A stretch of DNA of 64,000 nt, from the NCBI GenBank assembly GCA_004431415.1, contig QPMI01000516.1, forward strand, positions 62,001 through 126,000, read 5' to 3'. Both the position numbers and the translations under genes were made by a program. Positions within the stretch are counted from its first letter, which is position 1. Every line of letters starts with the position of its first letter. This stretch comes from Cyanophora paradoxa CCMP329 (Eukaryota; Plantae; Glaucophyta). This document shows positions 51,219 through 60,137 of this stretch, piece after piece. The notes beneath the pieces are model-generated. The model was not told the DNA's origin. It saw only the letters and a program-made list of their open reading frames with translations, and searched no databases.

Positions 51219-51452
51219 GTCGTAGAAACCCCGGGAATAACTTGAACCGGGGTATATATTTGTTCGACATTTCGTCGAAATTTCGGTAAATCGATTATCG
51301 GCATCTTCAAACGCTTGTATCTCACCACCAGATGGTCAACTCGCAACGTTTTGCATAGCGTTTTGAAGCGCTTGTTAAGCTCTACGCAACTACGTAATCA
51401 TCGTAGTATTTCAAGCTACCTTGTCATACAATATTTCTCACAAATCGTCCTT

Positions 51453-52210
51453 TCACACACTGATTGTGGTCATTTCTCGTTGGATCCGAGCCATCTGACC
51501 CCTTTTAATTGCTTTTCTCTTCACAAACTTCTTAAAGCCCTTCATATCATCATCAGTTAGTACTGCTCTATCAGTATAGGTCTTGATATCATAACCTTGC
51601 AGGCTCGCTATGACAGTTTGATAATTATAGCCCCATAGTCTATGCAATTCCTTGTAGGTCTTCTTATCCATTCCACCATTGTACTCATCAAAGGCGCAAT
51701 TGAACTCTTTTTCGTTCCCAAGAATATTGAAAAGACTACGAACTCAACATTTCGACGAATCGTAGTAGAAATAGAGCATAAACGCTGAACATTAAATATT
51801 ACCGAGATTGAATAATGTCTTCCACTCGTGACCAATTTAGATAACACAGCCGAATTGTGCATATCCAAATTTGAACCTATCATGTCATCGAGTATGATGA
51901 CTAGGTTATTTCGCTTTTCGTTATTCTCGATTCGTTTCTTTTGCATACTGATCAATCTCAAAACAATGTTATCATCCCATTCCTCATAGATGTTATCGGG
52001 ATGGGTGATGTCATTGAATTGCCCAGTAAAAGCTGTGGAACTAAATATTACAATCTGATCTATCTTGTCACGAAGCTCGTAAAGTAAGTATTTTGTAAAC
52101 ATTGTCTTACCTGTATTGGAGCGACCAACATTTAAAATTCTCGTTGGGATTCGAACTGTCTTACTCGGATTGAACTCCGGAATATCATCTAAGTTTACTG
52201 TGTTATCCAT
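51453..52210 (-). CDS. A32/FtsK-HerA-family genome packaging ATPase, with a 1-nt frameshift at about 51730-51733
   Basis: Walker A GRSNTGKT, Walker B LVIILDD, GRHYSISV motif, Q..(I)RRN motif. The reading continues in the neighbouring frame as FNILGNEKEFNCAFDEYNGGMDKKTY... to the stop at 51453. Confidence 0.92.
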
Positions 52211-52289
52211 TACAGTAATAAGATAAAAAACAAAATAAACCCCTTACCTACTAATTTTGCGCTTCCTACTCTAACGAAAGAAAAGAACT

Positions 52290-53516
52290 TTAGAAGTTCG
52301 AGACTTTCAGGGTAGAGATGTTGTAGCCATTTAGGACCATAACATTGTGTCGTAGGGCATAGATGTCAACCTGAACAGGAGCAGCATCAGTGCATCCCGA
52401 AACAGTGAGATCCATGTAACTCGAGCTGCTGTTGAAGAAATCCTGGTAACCCATAACCGAGTTCCGAAGCGAATCTTTTCCGGACTTGGAAAGAACAATT
52501 CCATAAACATTTCCAGACTCGAATCCGTACGTGGTATTGCCCACAGTAACACCCTTGTAGTGAGAAGGAATGTGATTGACAGCAGAGAGGAAACCGGAAA
52601 TGGGTTTGTTAGATATATCCAGGGAGCGATTGTTGTGGAAGATCTGGAACTGATCAATCTTAACAGCAGATTCATGACCGCAGAAATCCGAGTGAGTGTA
52701 GGTGTTAAGTTTGTTCACCTCTCGAACAGTCATCAGAATCGAGTGAACCAGACCAGAAACATTAGCGAGTGTAACCTCAACAGATTCACCAGCATCAGCG
52801 GTTTTGAGCGCTCGGGTCTTCTTGTGAATGACCTCTGTGATCGGGATGCGAATGCCACCTTGTTCGTTTGCCATTTTAAGGAGTGTCTCAGCCTCAGCCG
52901 AAGCAATGTTTACGAATTGGCAGATCAGAGAGCAATCCGCAAAGGTTACAGATCCACCAGCCGGAACTTGGACAATCGCAGCATCACGGAAATCAACCTC
53001 GATTGTTGGCATATCGGCTAGCGTACATAATGGGAAATAAGCTTCTTCCCAGAAAGCAGCGGGGATTCTAACGATGTATTCCATTGCTTCATCTGTGCTT
53101 TCACGATCTGTCTCTTTGAAGTAACCGAGAGAAGCATACATGCTGCTCATGGTAGCGTGATCATTATCGACCAGGGCGTTTACAGTGATCCAATCACCAG
53201 GGATAATATACTTGAAACCACCATGAACGAAACGGACCTCATTAATAAAAGAAGAACCACCATTGGGGAGGGTGCAGGCTACACCACCACCAGTGGCAAT
53301 CTTGAAATAGAGCGAAACACCAGCAAGGAGTTGCTTGCGAGGTAGATCAAAGTAAGCGGTATTCTTGAAGCCAAAAGTGTTGCCTCGGGGACGAACTTGC
53401 TCGAGGAATGGTTTGTATTTGGGGTTGGTTCCGATTTGGAGACCAGGGGAAAGATAAATTTGATCGGAACCGGGAGTTACGAGGAGTTCCTTCAGGGTAG
53501 TTCCAGTGAGTGCCAT
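52290..53516 (-). CDS. Major capsid protein, double jelly-roll (408 aa)
   Basis: Size and position next to ATPase and penton. Motifs FG....FDLPRKQLL..V.LYF, GDWI, IP..FW...FPL..L...IEVDFR and C-terminal VDIYALRHNVMVLNGY. Confidence 0.85.
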   Translation of the reverse strand: MALTGTTLKELLVTPGSDQIYLSPGLQIGTNPKYKPFLEQVRPRGNTFGFKNTAYFDLPRKQLLAGVSLYFKIATGGGVACTLPNGGSSFINEVRFVHGGFKYIIPGDWITVNALVDNDHATMSSMYASLGYFKETDRESTDEAMEYIVRIPAAFWEEAYFPLCTLADMPTIEVDFRDAAIVQVPAGGSVTFADCSLICQFVNIASAEAETLLKMANEQGGIRIPITEVIHKKTRALKTADAGESVEVTLANVSGLVHSILMTVREVNKLNTYTHSDFCGHESAVKIDQFQIFHNNRSLDISNKPISGFLSAVNHIPSHYKGVTVGNTTYGFESGNVYGIVLSKSGKDSLRNSVMGYQDFFNSSSSYMDLTVSGCTDAAPVQVDIYALRHNVMVLNGYNISTLKVSNF

Positions 53517-53568
53517 CTCTTATGTTTAAAATACCAAAAGAAATTTTTAAAATGCTTTATTAAACAGA
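53517..53568. promoter_or_regulatory. 52-bp AT-rich spacer between divergent MCP and penton genes (putative bidirectional promoter)
   Basis: Head-to-head ATGs at 53516 (-) and 53569 (+); the spacer contains TTTAAAAT twice. Confidence 0.5.
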
Positions 53569-54456
53569 ATGACGCGTTACTATCTCAATATTGATTCCAG
53601 GGACCGATCGGATGGAACCCCAACGAATTTCACATACAGACTCCCTTATGCGATCCAAAAGGTCAGAGCCTGTCGAGTAACGAACTTTGAGATGTTTCAC
53701 AATCTTTACAACCTCTCTGAAGTAGGAACCCTCACCACACAAACACTCGATAATGCTGGGAACCCAAAGAATAGAAACAACGAAGTCCTCCGAGGTGCAT
53801 ATACACCGGATTCACTGGTGAATTATCTGATCGCTCGCATTGGATCCCAGCCCTATAATCAAGCGGGTGGCGGAACTTACACTCGCCATTTCTATGTAAC
53901 CTATGATCCCACAACATTGCTTCTAAGGTTCATGTGTGAGGTTCCATTCTCAATCACTATGAACACTCAACTCTTAGCCAATTTCTGTGGTTTTGAAAAT
54001 GCTAACACACTGTACCAATCGAGTCCTCTATCATCTAATGTCACAGTTGGAGCCTTTACTTATGCTCACTACATTGATAGTGAAATGCCATTAGATCTAC
54101 TATTTAATTCCTATTTGCTTCTTCATGTTGATCCACTGAAAGGAAGATATGTGAGCAATAACAAACGAGATAACAATGCTATCGCGAAAATTGAGATTGA
54201 CCAAACGGTTGGCAGTCTATTAAAATATGATTCATCGAATAATTCCATGATCGTTCACGAGCAGAATGGCTTGGTTGAGGTTGAGACTCTAGATGTGAGA
54301 CTTTCTTACTGGAATGGAGCCACAGCAGACATTACTACCGACTGGTCGATGACTCTTGAACTGATTACTGAAGATGATAAAGATCTGACGAAAAAAGCAT
54401 TGAAGAATGTCATAAAAGAGTTGGAGGGACTCTACCTGCCGTTCTCACGGTCATAG
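53569..54456 (+). CDS. Minor capsid protein / penton, single jelly-roll (295 aa)
   Basis: N-terminal YLNIDSRDR....TNFTYRL...I..V and C-terminal LDVRL...NG......WSMTLEL patterns typical of penton proteins. Confidence 0.8.
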   Translation: MTRYYLNIDSRDRSDGTPTNFTYRLPYAIQKVRACRVTNFEMFHNLYNLSEVGTLTTQTLDNAGNPKNRNNEVLRGAYTPDSLVNYLIARIGSQPYNQAGGGTYTRHFYVTYDPTTLLLRFMCEVPFSITMNTQLLANFCGFENANTLYQSSPLSSNVTVGAFTYAHYIDSEMPLDLLFNSYLLLHVDPLKGRYVSNNKRDNNAIAKIEIDQTVGSLLKYDSSNNSMIVHEQNGLVEVETLDVRLSYWNGATADITTDWSMTLELITEDDKDLTKKALKNVIKELEGLYLPFSRS

Positions 54457-54492
54457 GAAATACTGTAGAATAAATTTGTTTCAATATTACAA

Positions 54493-55254
54493 ATGGCTCG
54501 CAAGACTCAACCCAAGAATTTCTTAGCCAAACCAGCCGCTGAAGCGGATGTTGGCAATGGTGAGAATGGAAGGAACTGGTATAAGAAATCGAAAGGACTC
54601 GCTGCATACGGAACTGGTGACCTCGAAAAGGAAGTCCATAAAGAACGAAACCAATTCACCCAAGCCACTACGAAAAACAGTAATGATGATAATGCCCTTG
54701 TTGACCAAGTCCCACTGAACCGCATGCCCGGAGCCAAACGAGGAATCAAGAAAGGACAGTTCAAATCATCCACAAAGGACAAGGTTGCATCATCATCGAC
54801 ACTGCTGAAACTGCTTGATGGTGGTGAGCGACTCTACTCAACCTATTCCGAGAAAGACCATCGCAACCGCTACTTTATTCGTTCAACCACTGGTGGACTG
54901 AAATCTGTAACATATCAGTATGCTAAGAGTCTTGTTGATGGTATTGCAGCAGAGACCAAAAACGAAAACAAGATCAAGGAACAGCCAATCACAAAGGAAA
55001 AGGTTGAGAAGAAACCAGAAGTAACCCATGAAGTTATTCCCGAACCTGTTCATGTGGCAAAAGACTCACCTACAGAATTGATTGCAAAGACCATTGAGTA
55101 TCAAGACTCCAACAAAACGGATTTGCCGGTTCTCAATAAGTCGATCCTTCGGGTTGCCACTTCGCAGGCTGATCCAGTCAACTCGATTCCAAATGCTGCC
55201 CCAATGGTCTCTGGATTCGCCAAGCTTGGTATAAGACCCGGTTATCGCCGTTAA
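54493..55254 (+). CDS. Hypothetical viral protein (253 aa, Lys-rich)
   Basis: Intact ATG-to-stop ORF tightly packed after the penton gene; no recognised domain. Confidence 0.7.
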   Translation: MARKTQPKNFLAKPAAEADVGNGENGRNWYKKSKGLAAYGTGDLEKEVHKERNQFTQATTKNSNDDNALVDQVPLNRMPGAKRGIKKGQFKSSTKDKVASSSTLLKLLDGGERLYSTYSEKDHRNRYFIRSTTGGLKSVTYQYAKSLVDGIAAETKNENKIKEQPITKEKVEKKPEVTHEVIPEPVHVAKDSPTELIAKTIEYQDSNKTDLPVLNKSILRVATSQADPVNSIPNAAPMVSGFAKLGIRPGYRR

Positions 55255-55607
55255 GGATCAATCTGAATAATATAATTTCTCAAACATTGTTAGCGCTACG
55301 TAACCAATCCTATCCCGTAGGCTCAAAACTTCTTCATTTTTATGGAGGCGTTGTAGAGCGAAGTGAAATATCCATAGGTAAATCACTTTAATCACCTGTT
55401 CTACCGGGTTCAGTGGTAGAAACTTGCAGCCGACAAGTGAACCTTCTGGGTATCGGTAGCTTTATCATTTTTCCAGCATCTTCTTTCGTACTGGATGCTC
55501 TGCAATCGGGACCAAAAATTGATTGGGTTCTCACAAAGAATATATACACGACATAAAAACTACTTAAAGATTTCTTAACATATATTAAGAGAGTAGAAAG
55601 GACAAGA

Positions 55608-55871
55608 ATGACGATCACAGAAGCCCAAAAGAAAGCAACTTACCGCTACCGTAAAACAGAAAAGGGTATGTTAGCGCTTGCTAGGATTAATGACAAACGC
55701 AATGCAAAATGGAATGAACTCTATAACAATGATGAAGAATTCAGACAAGCTCACATAATGACTTCATGCAAGGCTCAATATGTAAATAACACCATTCTCT
55801 ATGTAAAGTATCTATTTGACATTCCTCGTACTAACCGTGGACGTCCATCAAAGTATGTTAATGCTTGTTAA
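55608..55871 (+). CDS. Small basic protein (87 aa), putative DNA-binding, with AT-hook-like RGRP
   Basis: MTITEAQKKATYRYRK... and C-terminal PRTNRGRPSKY; AT-rich upstream region. Confidence 0.65.
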   Translation: MTITEAQKKATYRYRKTEKGMLALARINDKRNAKWNELYNNDEEFRQAHIMTSCKAQYVNNTILYVKYLFDIPRTNRGRPSKYVNAC

Positions 55872-56103
55872 TCGTTTTTCTCAGCGCGATTGCTCTGAGA
55901 ACCCGCGGAAACCGCGCTGGAAGCAAAACTATAAATCTTTCTGTTATTTTTAGAGTTCGATGATCGAGCCAACCCTTTGTTATTTTTATAAATGCCCTCG
56001 ACTGAATTTATTTTGTTGGAGACTTTTGGTTTTGCCGGTAAAATTTGACGCGAGTATAAAATGACTTAAGGAAATAAAATATAGAGTATATATAAAAGCG
56101 AAA

Positions 56104-59100
56104 ATGCCTCGCGCAGTAAGTATTCAGAATGCTAGAAAGAGACAAGGAATGCTAGCAAAGCTTGGTTACCTTCTTGGTGCCGGAATCATAAATGAAGAGC
56201 AATTTAACGCATTGGGTTACTTTGCCTTCATTAAGAGACTTCGATCTGCTGGTCTGAAGGACATAAGCGATACAATTGATGGTATTATTGCCAGGGGTGA
56301 GGGCAGACTGAATGAGCAGGATGAAATCGAGAGATTTGGTAACATTGAGGTTATTGAAGGTGGAAATAAGAAGACCAAAGCAGAGCGGATCGCTGAAAAA
56401 CGAGACAAGAGAGCTGAAAGGAAGCAGCAGAAGAAGCAGAAGAAAGCAGGGAGAACCGCTAAGAATGTTGAGAAGCAGAAGGTTAGAGAAAGAATAGCAA
56501 AGGAGGCAAAACAGCAGAGAGAGGATGAGAAGAAGCAACGAGAGGAGGCAGAGGTAATGCAGGCTATGAATAATCTCGTGAGTGAAGTAACTTGGAGGAA
56601 CCAGACCAAAAATAAAATCGCTTCTGCCCATGAGTTTATCGATAAGGTTGTTGGTTGGGATGCCTTCTACAATCGTTTTCGAGATGCTCTTCGTAACAGA
56701 CGAGGTATTAAGTATAACCTCTACAGCATGGCGAGATATGTGAAAGTGGCAACTGGAGAAATAAGAACCATGCAATGGACCACCCCATTCTACCTTCTTG
56801 TCAATGATCAAGAGATTGTTGATACTGTTGATGAATCAATTGATGCATTGCAGGAGGTTCTCACTTCACCTGATAGTTGGAAGCTAGAAAACATCTTAAC
56901 AGTTCGCTTGCAGATTCTTACTTATCAGCCACTCGCAGGTAGCTCCTATATTGACCTCCCACCAGGAATAAAAAAGCGTAAAGCTGTGATTAATCCACAG
57001 AACAAAGATAATAAATGTTTCGCATGGGCGGTAACTATTGGACTACATCAACATGAGCTATCTCATAAACACCGATACGATGTAAAGCGATACAAGAAGT
57101 ATGAGAATGAGTTCAATTGGAATAAGTTTGAGTTCCCATTCAAGAATGATCCTCGTCAGTACGAACGAGCATCAAAAATGATTGGTCGACCAATCAATGT
57201 GTATATGGTCGATCGATCACATATCGTTCCAGTCCATATCTGTAAGGATCCATCTAAACAACATCTTACAATTGACATTCTTCTGTGGACTGTCAACGAA
57301 AAAACCCACTATGGTTACATTTCTAGCATGTCAAGGTTAATATCCAATTCGCACCATGGAACTCGCCATTTCTGTAAAGCTTGTTTGAGAGGGTTCACCA
57401 GTGAAACGGTATTGGAGACCCACATTAAACACAACAAGTGTTACGATCGACCAAATGCAACAGTTGACACAATGCCACCAAGCGGATCTAAGACCAAGTG
57501 GGACCCAAAGAGACATGTTGACAAGACTGTATGGCATCCAATGTTTGTTGTTGCTGACTTTGAATGTATATTGCAAAAGGTGGATGAGACACGAGGTGAA
57601 AACACTGCAGTCTACCAGAAACACATTCCCAGTGGATACAAAATCATGGTTATCCACAACGATGAGATTATCAAACAGGTATTGTATCGAAAGGAGAACC
57701 CAGAGAACGATGATGAGGTTACACAGCACTTTATGGAGACACTGAAAACGATTGAATCCGATTTACTTGAGAAGCTTAGACATGTTGCACCAATGGTTAT
57801 GGAACAATGGCACAAAGAGGATTACAGAGATTCTGTTGCTTGCTACATCTGTGGAGATGAGTTTGGAGCTACTGTAACCGATGATAATGGTAACACATAT
57901 CAAGTTAAAAAGGTTAGAGACCACGACCACGTTACAGGAGACTACATTGGAGCAGCTTGCAATACTTGCAATCTGAAACGAAAGATCAATCCAAAGATCC
58001 CAGTTGTGTTCCACAATCTAAAAGGTTACGATGGACACTATATTCTGAAGGCTTTGAATTTCAATGAACCTGGTAAGGAAATTCGTTGCATTGCCCAGAA
58101 TTTTGAGAAGTTCATAGCATTCGATATGGGACCATACAAGTTCATGGACTCTCTGAATTTCATGGCTTCGAGCCTTGATGGTCTGGTAAAGAATCTCAGT
58201 AAGAATAATTTCAAATTCACCAATGAGTGGTGTGATTCTGTAAATTATTCACAGGAACAGCGAGAGCTACTGATGCAAAAGGGACACTTCCCTTACGATT
58301 ACCTGGATAGCTTCAAGAAACTCAGTGAGACCCAATTACCTCCCAAAGAAGCTTTCTACTCGAAACTCAATGATACTGAATTGAGTGATTCTGACTACAA
58401 GCATTGCCAGATGGTATGGGATGCTTTCAACTGCAAGACTCTCGGAGATTATCACGATATCTATCTTGCTACTGATGTTGCTCTGCTTGCTGACGTTTTC
58501 AATACATTCCGCAATGTTTGCTACAGTAATTATAAGATCGATCCTATTCATTTCATTTCAGCCCCTCACCTGTCGTGGTTCGCGATGTTGAAATATACAG
58601 GTGTGGAGTTGGAGCAATTGAGTGACCCTGAAATGTATAGATTCTTTGAACTTGGAATTCGTGGAGGTGTTTGCATGGTTCCCAATCGTTATGCAGAGGC
58701 TAATAACCCCTACATGAAGTCTTATGATCCATCAAAGTCAACAAAGTATATCACCACATGGGATGCCAACAATCTGTATGGGAAAGCGATGAGTTTCAAG
58801 CTACCCAGAGGTGGATTTGAGTGGATTGATGACATCGAGAATTTCGATTATATGGACTTTAATGTGGAAGGTGATAGAGGTGCAACTTTGGAGGTTGACT
58901 TGGAATATCCAGAACACCTACACGATCTTCACAGTGATTTACCTCTTGCTCCCGAATCTCTAATAATCACAAAGTCTATGATATCACCAACACAACTAGC
59001 CATGATTGGTGAGGAAAAATTACCCCAGACTCGTAAGTTAGTTCCCAATCTGATGGACAAGACCAATTACATCCTACACATCAAAAACTTGCAGTACTAC

Positions 59101-60132
59101 ATCTCAAAAGGATTGAAGGTAACAAAGGTTCATCGTGGGATTATGTATGATCAATCTGAGTGGCTGAGACCATACATTGATTTCAATACCGGACTGCGGA
59201 CGCAAGCTCGTAATGATTTCGAGAAAGATTTCTACAAACTCATGAATAACTCAGTTTTCGGAAAGACCATGGAGAACGTTCGCAAGCGAAGTAACATAAA
59301 GCTTTGCAACGATCCGAGGGTGCAGCTCAAACACAACGGCAATCCATTGTTGAAGACAGTGAAGATTATCAATGAGAATCTTACTGCTTTAGAGTTCTAT
59401 AAGGGTTCTATTATGTTGGATAAACCCATTTATGTTGGTCAGGCTATCTTGGATCTGTCCAAACTAATCATGTATCGTTTCCATTACGATTACATCATGG
59501 TGAAGTATGGACCTGGATCAGCCAAGCTGCTCATGACTGATACAGATTCCCTGTATTATCTGATTGAGACTGACGATATCTACAAAGACATGATTGAGGA
59601 TTCTCATTGGTTTGATCAGTCTGATTACAGCAAATCCCACATCTGTTACAACCCTAAAAATAAAAAGGTTCCCGGTTTGTTCAAGGATGATTGTGGTGAT
59701 TATCTCGTTACAAGGTTTGCTGGTTACAAACCAAAAGCATACTCCTACGAGAAGGAGTTGAATGTTAAGGCTCTGGGATCAGAAGAAAATGTAAAACAGG
59801 TGATTGCTGACAAGTTGAAGGATTTGTTAAGAGTGAAGTCGAATGCTACGGAAGCTGATGTTATTGATAGTAAGGTTAAGAAGTTGAAGGGAGTTCAGCG
59901 GTCAGTAGTGCAGAATAGGTTAGAGTTCCTACAATTCTACAACACTGTCATGTATCCAATGAAGGAGCGGGAGAAAGTAACAGTTCGAGGTTTCCGATCA
60001 AAGAACCACGAGGTAACAACGCAGGAAATGAAGAAAAGGGCATTCAATGCGCTCGATACTAAGAGGTATCTTTGTGAGGACCTCTATACTACTCTTGCGA
60101 TTGGACACTATAAAACAAAAACAACACTATAA
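56104..60132 (+). CDS. polB: Protein-primed family B DNA polymerase (1342 aa)
   Basis: ExoI ADFEC, ExoII FHNLKGYDGH, ExoIII YLATDV, GIRGG, Pol A WDANNLYG, Pol B KLMNNSVFGK, Pol C TDTDSL. Also N-terminal vOTU-like DNKCFAW...HYGYI, a Zn finger and an EndoVII-like insert. Confidence 0.97.
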   Translation: MPRAVSIQNARKRQGMLAKLGYLLGAGIINEEQFNALGYFAFIKRLRSAGLKDISDTIDGIIARGEGRLNEQDEIERFGNIEVIEGGNKKTKAERIAEKRDKRAERKQQKKQKKAGRTAKNVEKQKVRERIAKEAKQQREDEKKQREEAEVMQAMNNLVSEVTWRNQTKNKIASAHEFIDKVVGWDAFYNRFRDALRNRRGIKYNLYSMARYVKVATGEIRTMQWTTPFYLLVNDQEIVDTVDESIDALQEVLTSPDSWKLENILTVRLQILTYQPLAGSSYIDLPPGIKKRKAVINPQNKDNKCFAWAVTIGLHQHELSHKHRYDVKRYKKYENEFNWNKFEFPFKNDPRQYERASKMIGRPINVYMVDRSHIVPVHICKDPSKQHLTIDILLWTVNEKTHYGYISSMSRLISNSHHGTRHFCKACLRGFTSETVLETHIKHNKCYDRPNATVDTMPPSGSKTKWDPKRHVDKTVWHPMFVVADFECILQKVDETRGENTAVYQKHIPSGYKIMVIHNDEIIKQVLYRKENPENDDEVTQHFMETLKTIESDLLEKLRHVAPMVMEQWHKEDYRDSVACYICGDEFGATVTDDNGNTYQVKKVRDHDHVTGDYIGAACNTCNLKRKINPKIPVVFHNLKGYDGHYILKALNFNEPGKEIRCIAQNFEKFIAFDMGPYKFMDSLNFMASSLDGLVKNLSKNNFKFTNEWCDSVNYSQEQRELLMQKGHFPYDYLDSFKKLSETQLPPKEAFYSKLNDTELSDSDYKHCQMVWDAFNCKTLGDYHDIYLATDVALLADVFNTFRNVCYSNYKIDPIHFISAPHLSWFAMLKYTGVELEQLSDPEMYRFFELGIRGGVCMVPNRYAEANNPYMKSYDPSKSTKYITTWDANNLYGKAMSFKLPRGGFEWIDDIENFDYMDFNVEGDRGATLEVDLEYPEHLHDLHSDLPLAPESLIITKSMISPTQLAMIGEEKLPQTRKLVPNLMDKTNYILHIKNLQYYISKGLKVTKVHRGIMYDQSEWLRPYIDFNTGLRTQARNDFEKDFYKLMNNSVFGKTMENVRKRSNIKLCNDPRVQLKHNGNPLLKTVKIINENLTALEFYKGSIMLDKPIYVGQAILDLSKLIMYRFHYDYIMVKYGPGSAKLLMTDTDSLYYLIETDDIYKDMIEDSHWFDQSDYSKSHICYNPKNKKVPGLFKDDCGDYLVTRFAGYKPKAYSYEKELNVKALGSEENVKQVIADKLKDLLRVKSNATEADVIDSKVKKLKGVQRSVVQNRLEFLQFYNTVMYPMKEREKVTVRGFRSKNHEVTTQEMKKRAFNALDTKRYLCEDLYTTLAIGHYKTKTTL

Positions 60133-60137
60133 TAAGG

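Noticed and set aside
51125-51346. 73-aa ORF in the left arm of the virus
   Set aside because: Non-ATG start and it runs through the 13-bp repeat; at most a decayed ORF.
55878-55901. Hairpin TTCTCAG-N10-CTGAGAA after the 87-aa ORF as a mimivirus-style polyadenylation hairpin
   Set aside because: The stem is short and I did not see equivalent hairpins after the other viral genes.
56152-58591. Antisense and alternative-frame ORFs within pPolB (and similarly within MCP and integrase)
   Set aside because: Shadow ORFs of well-supported genes.
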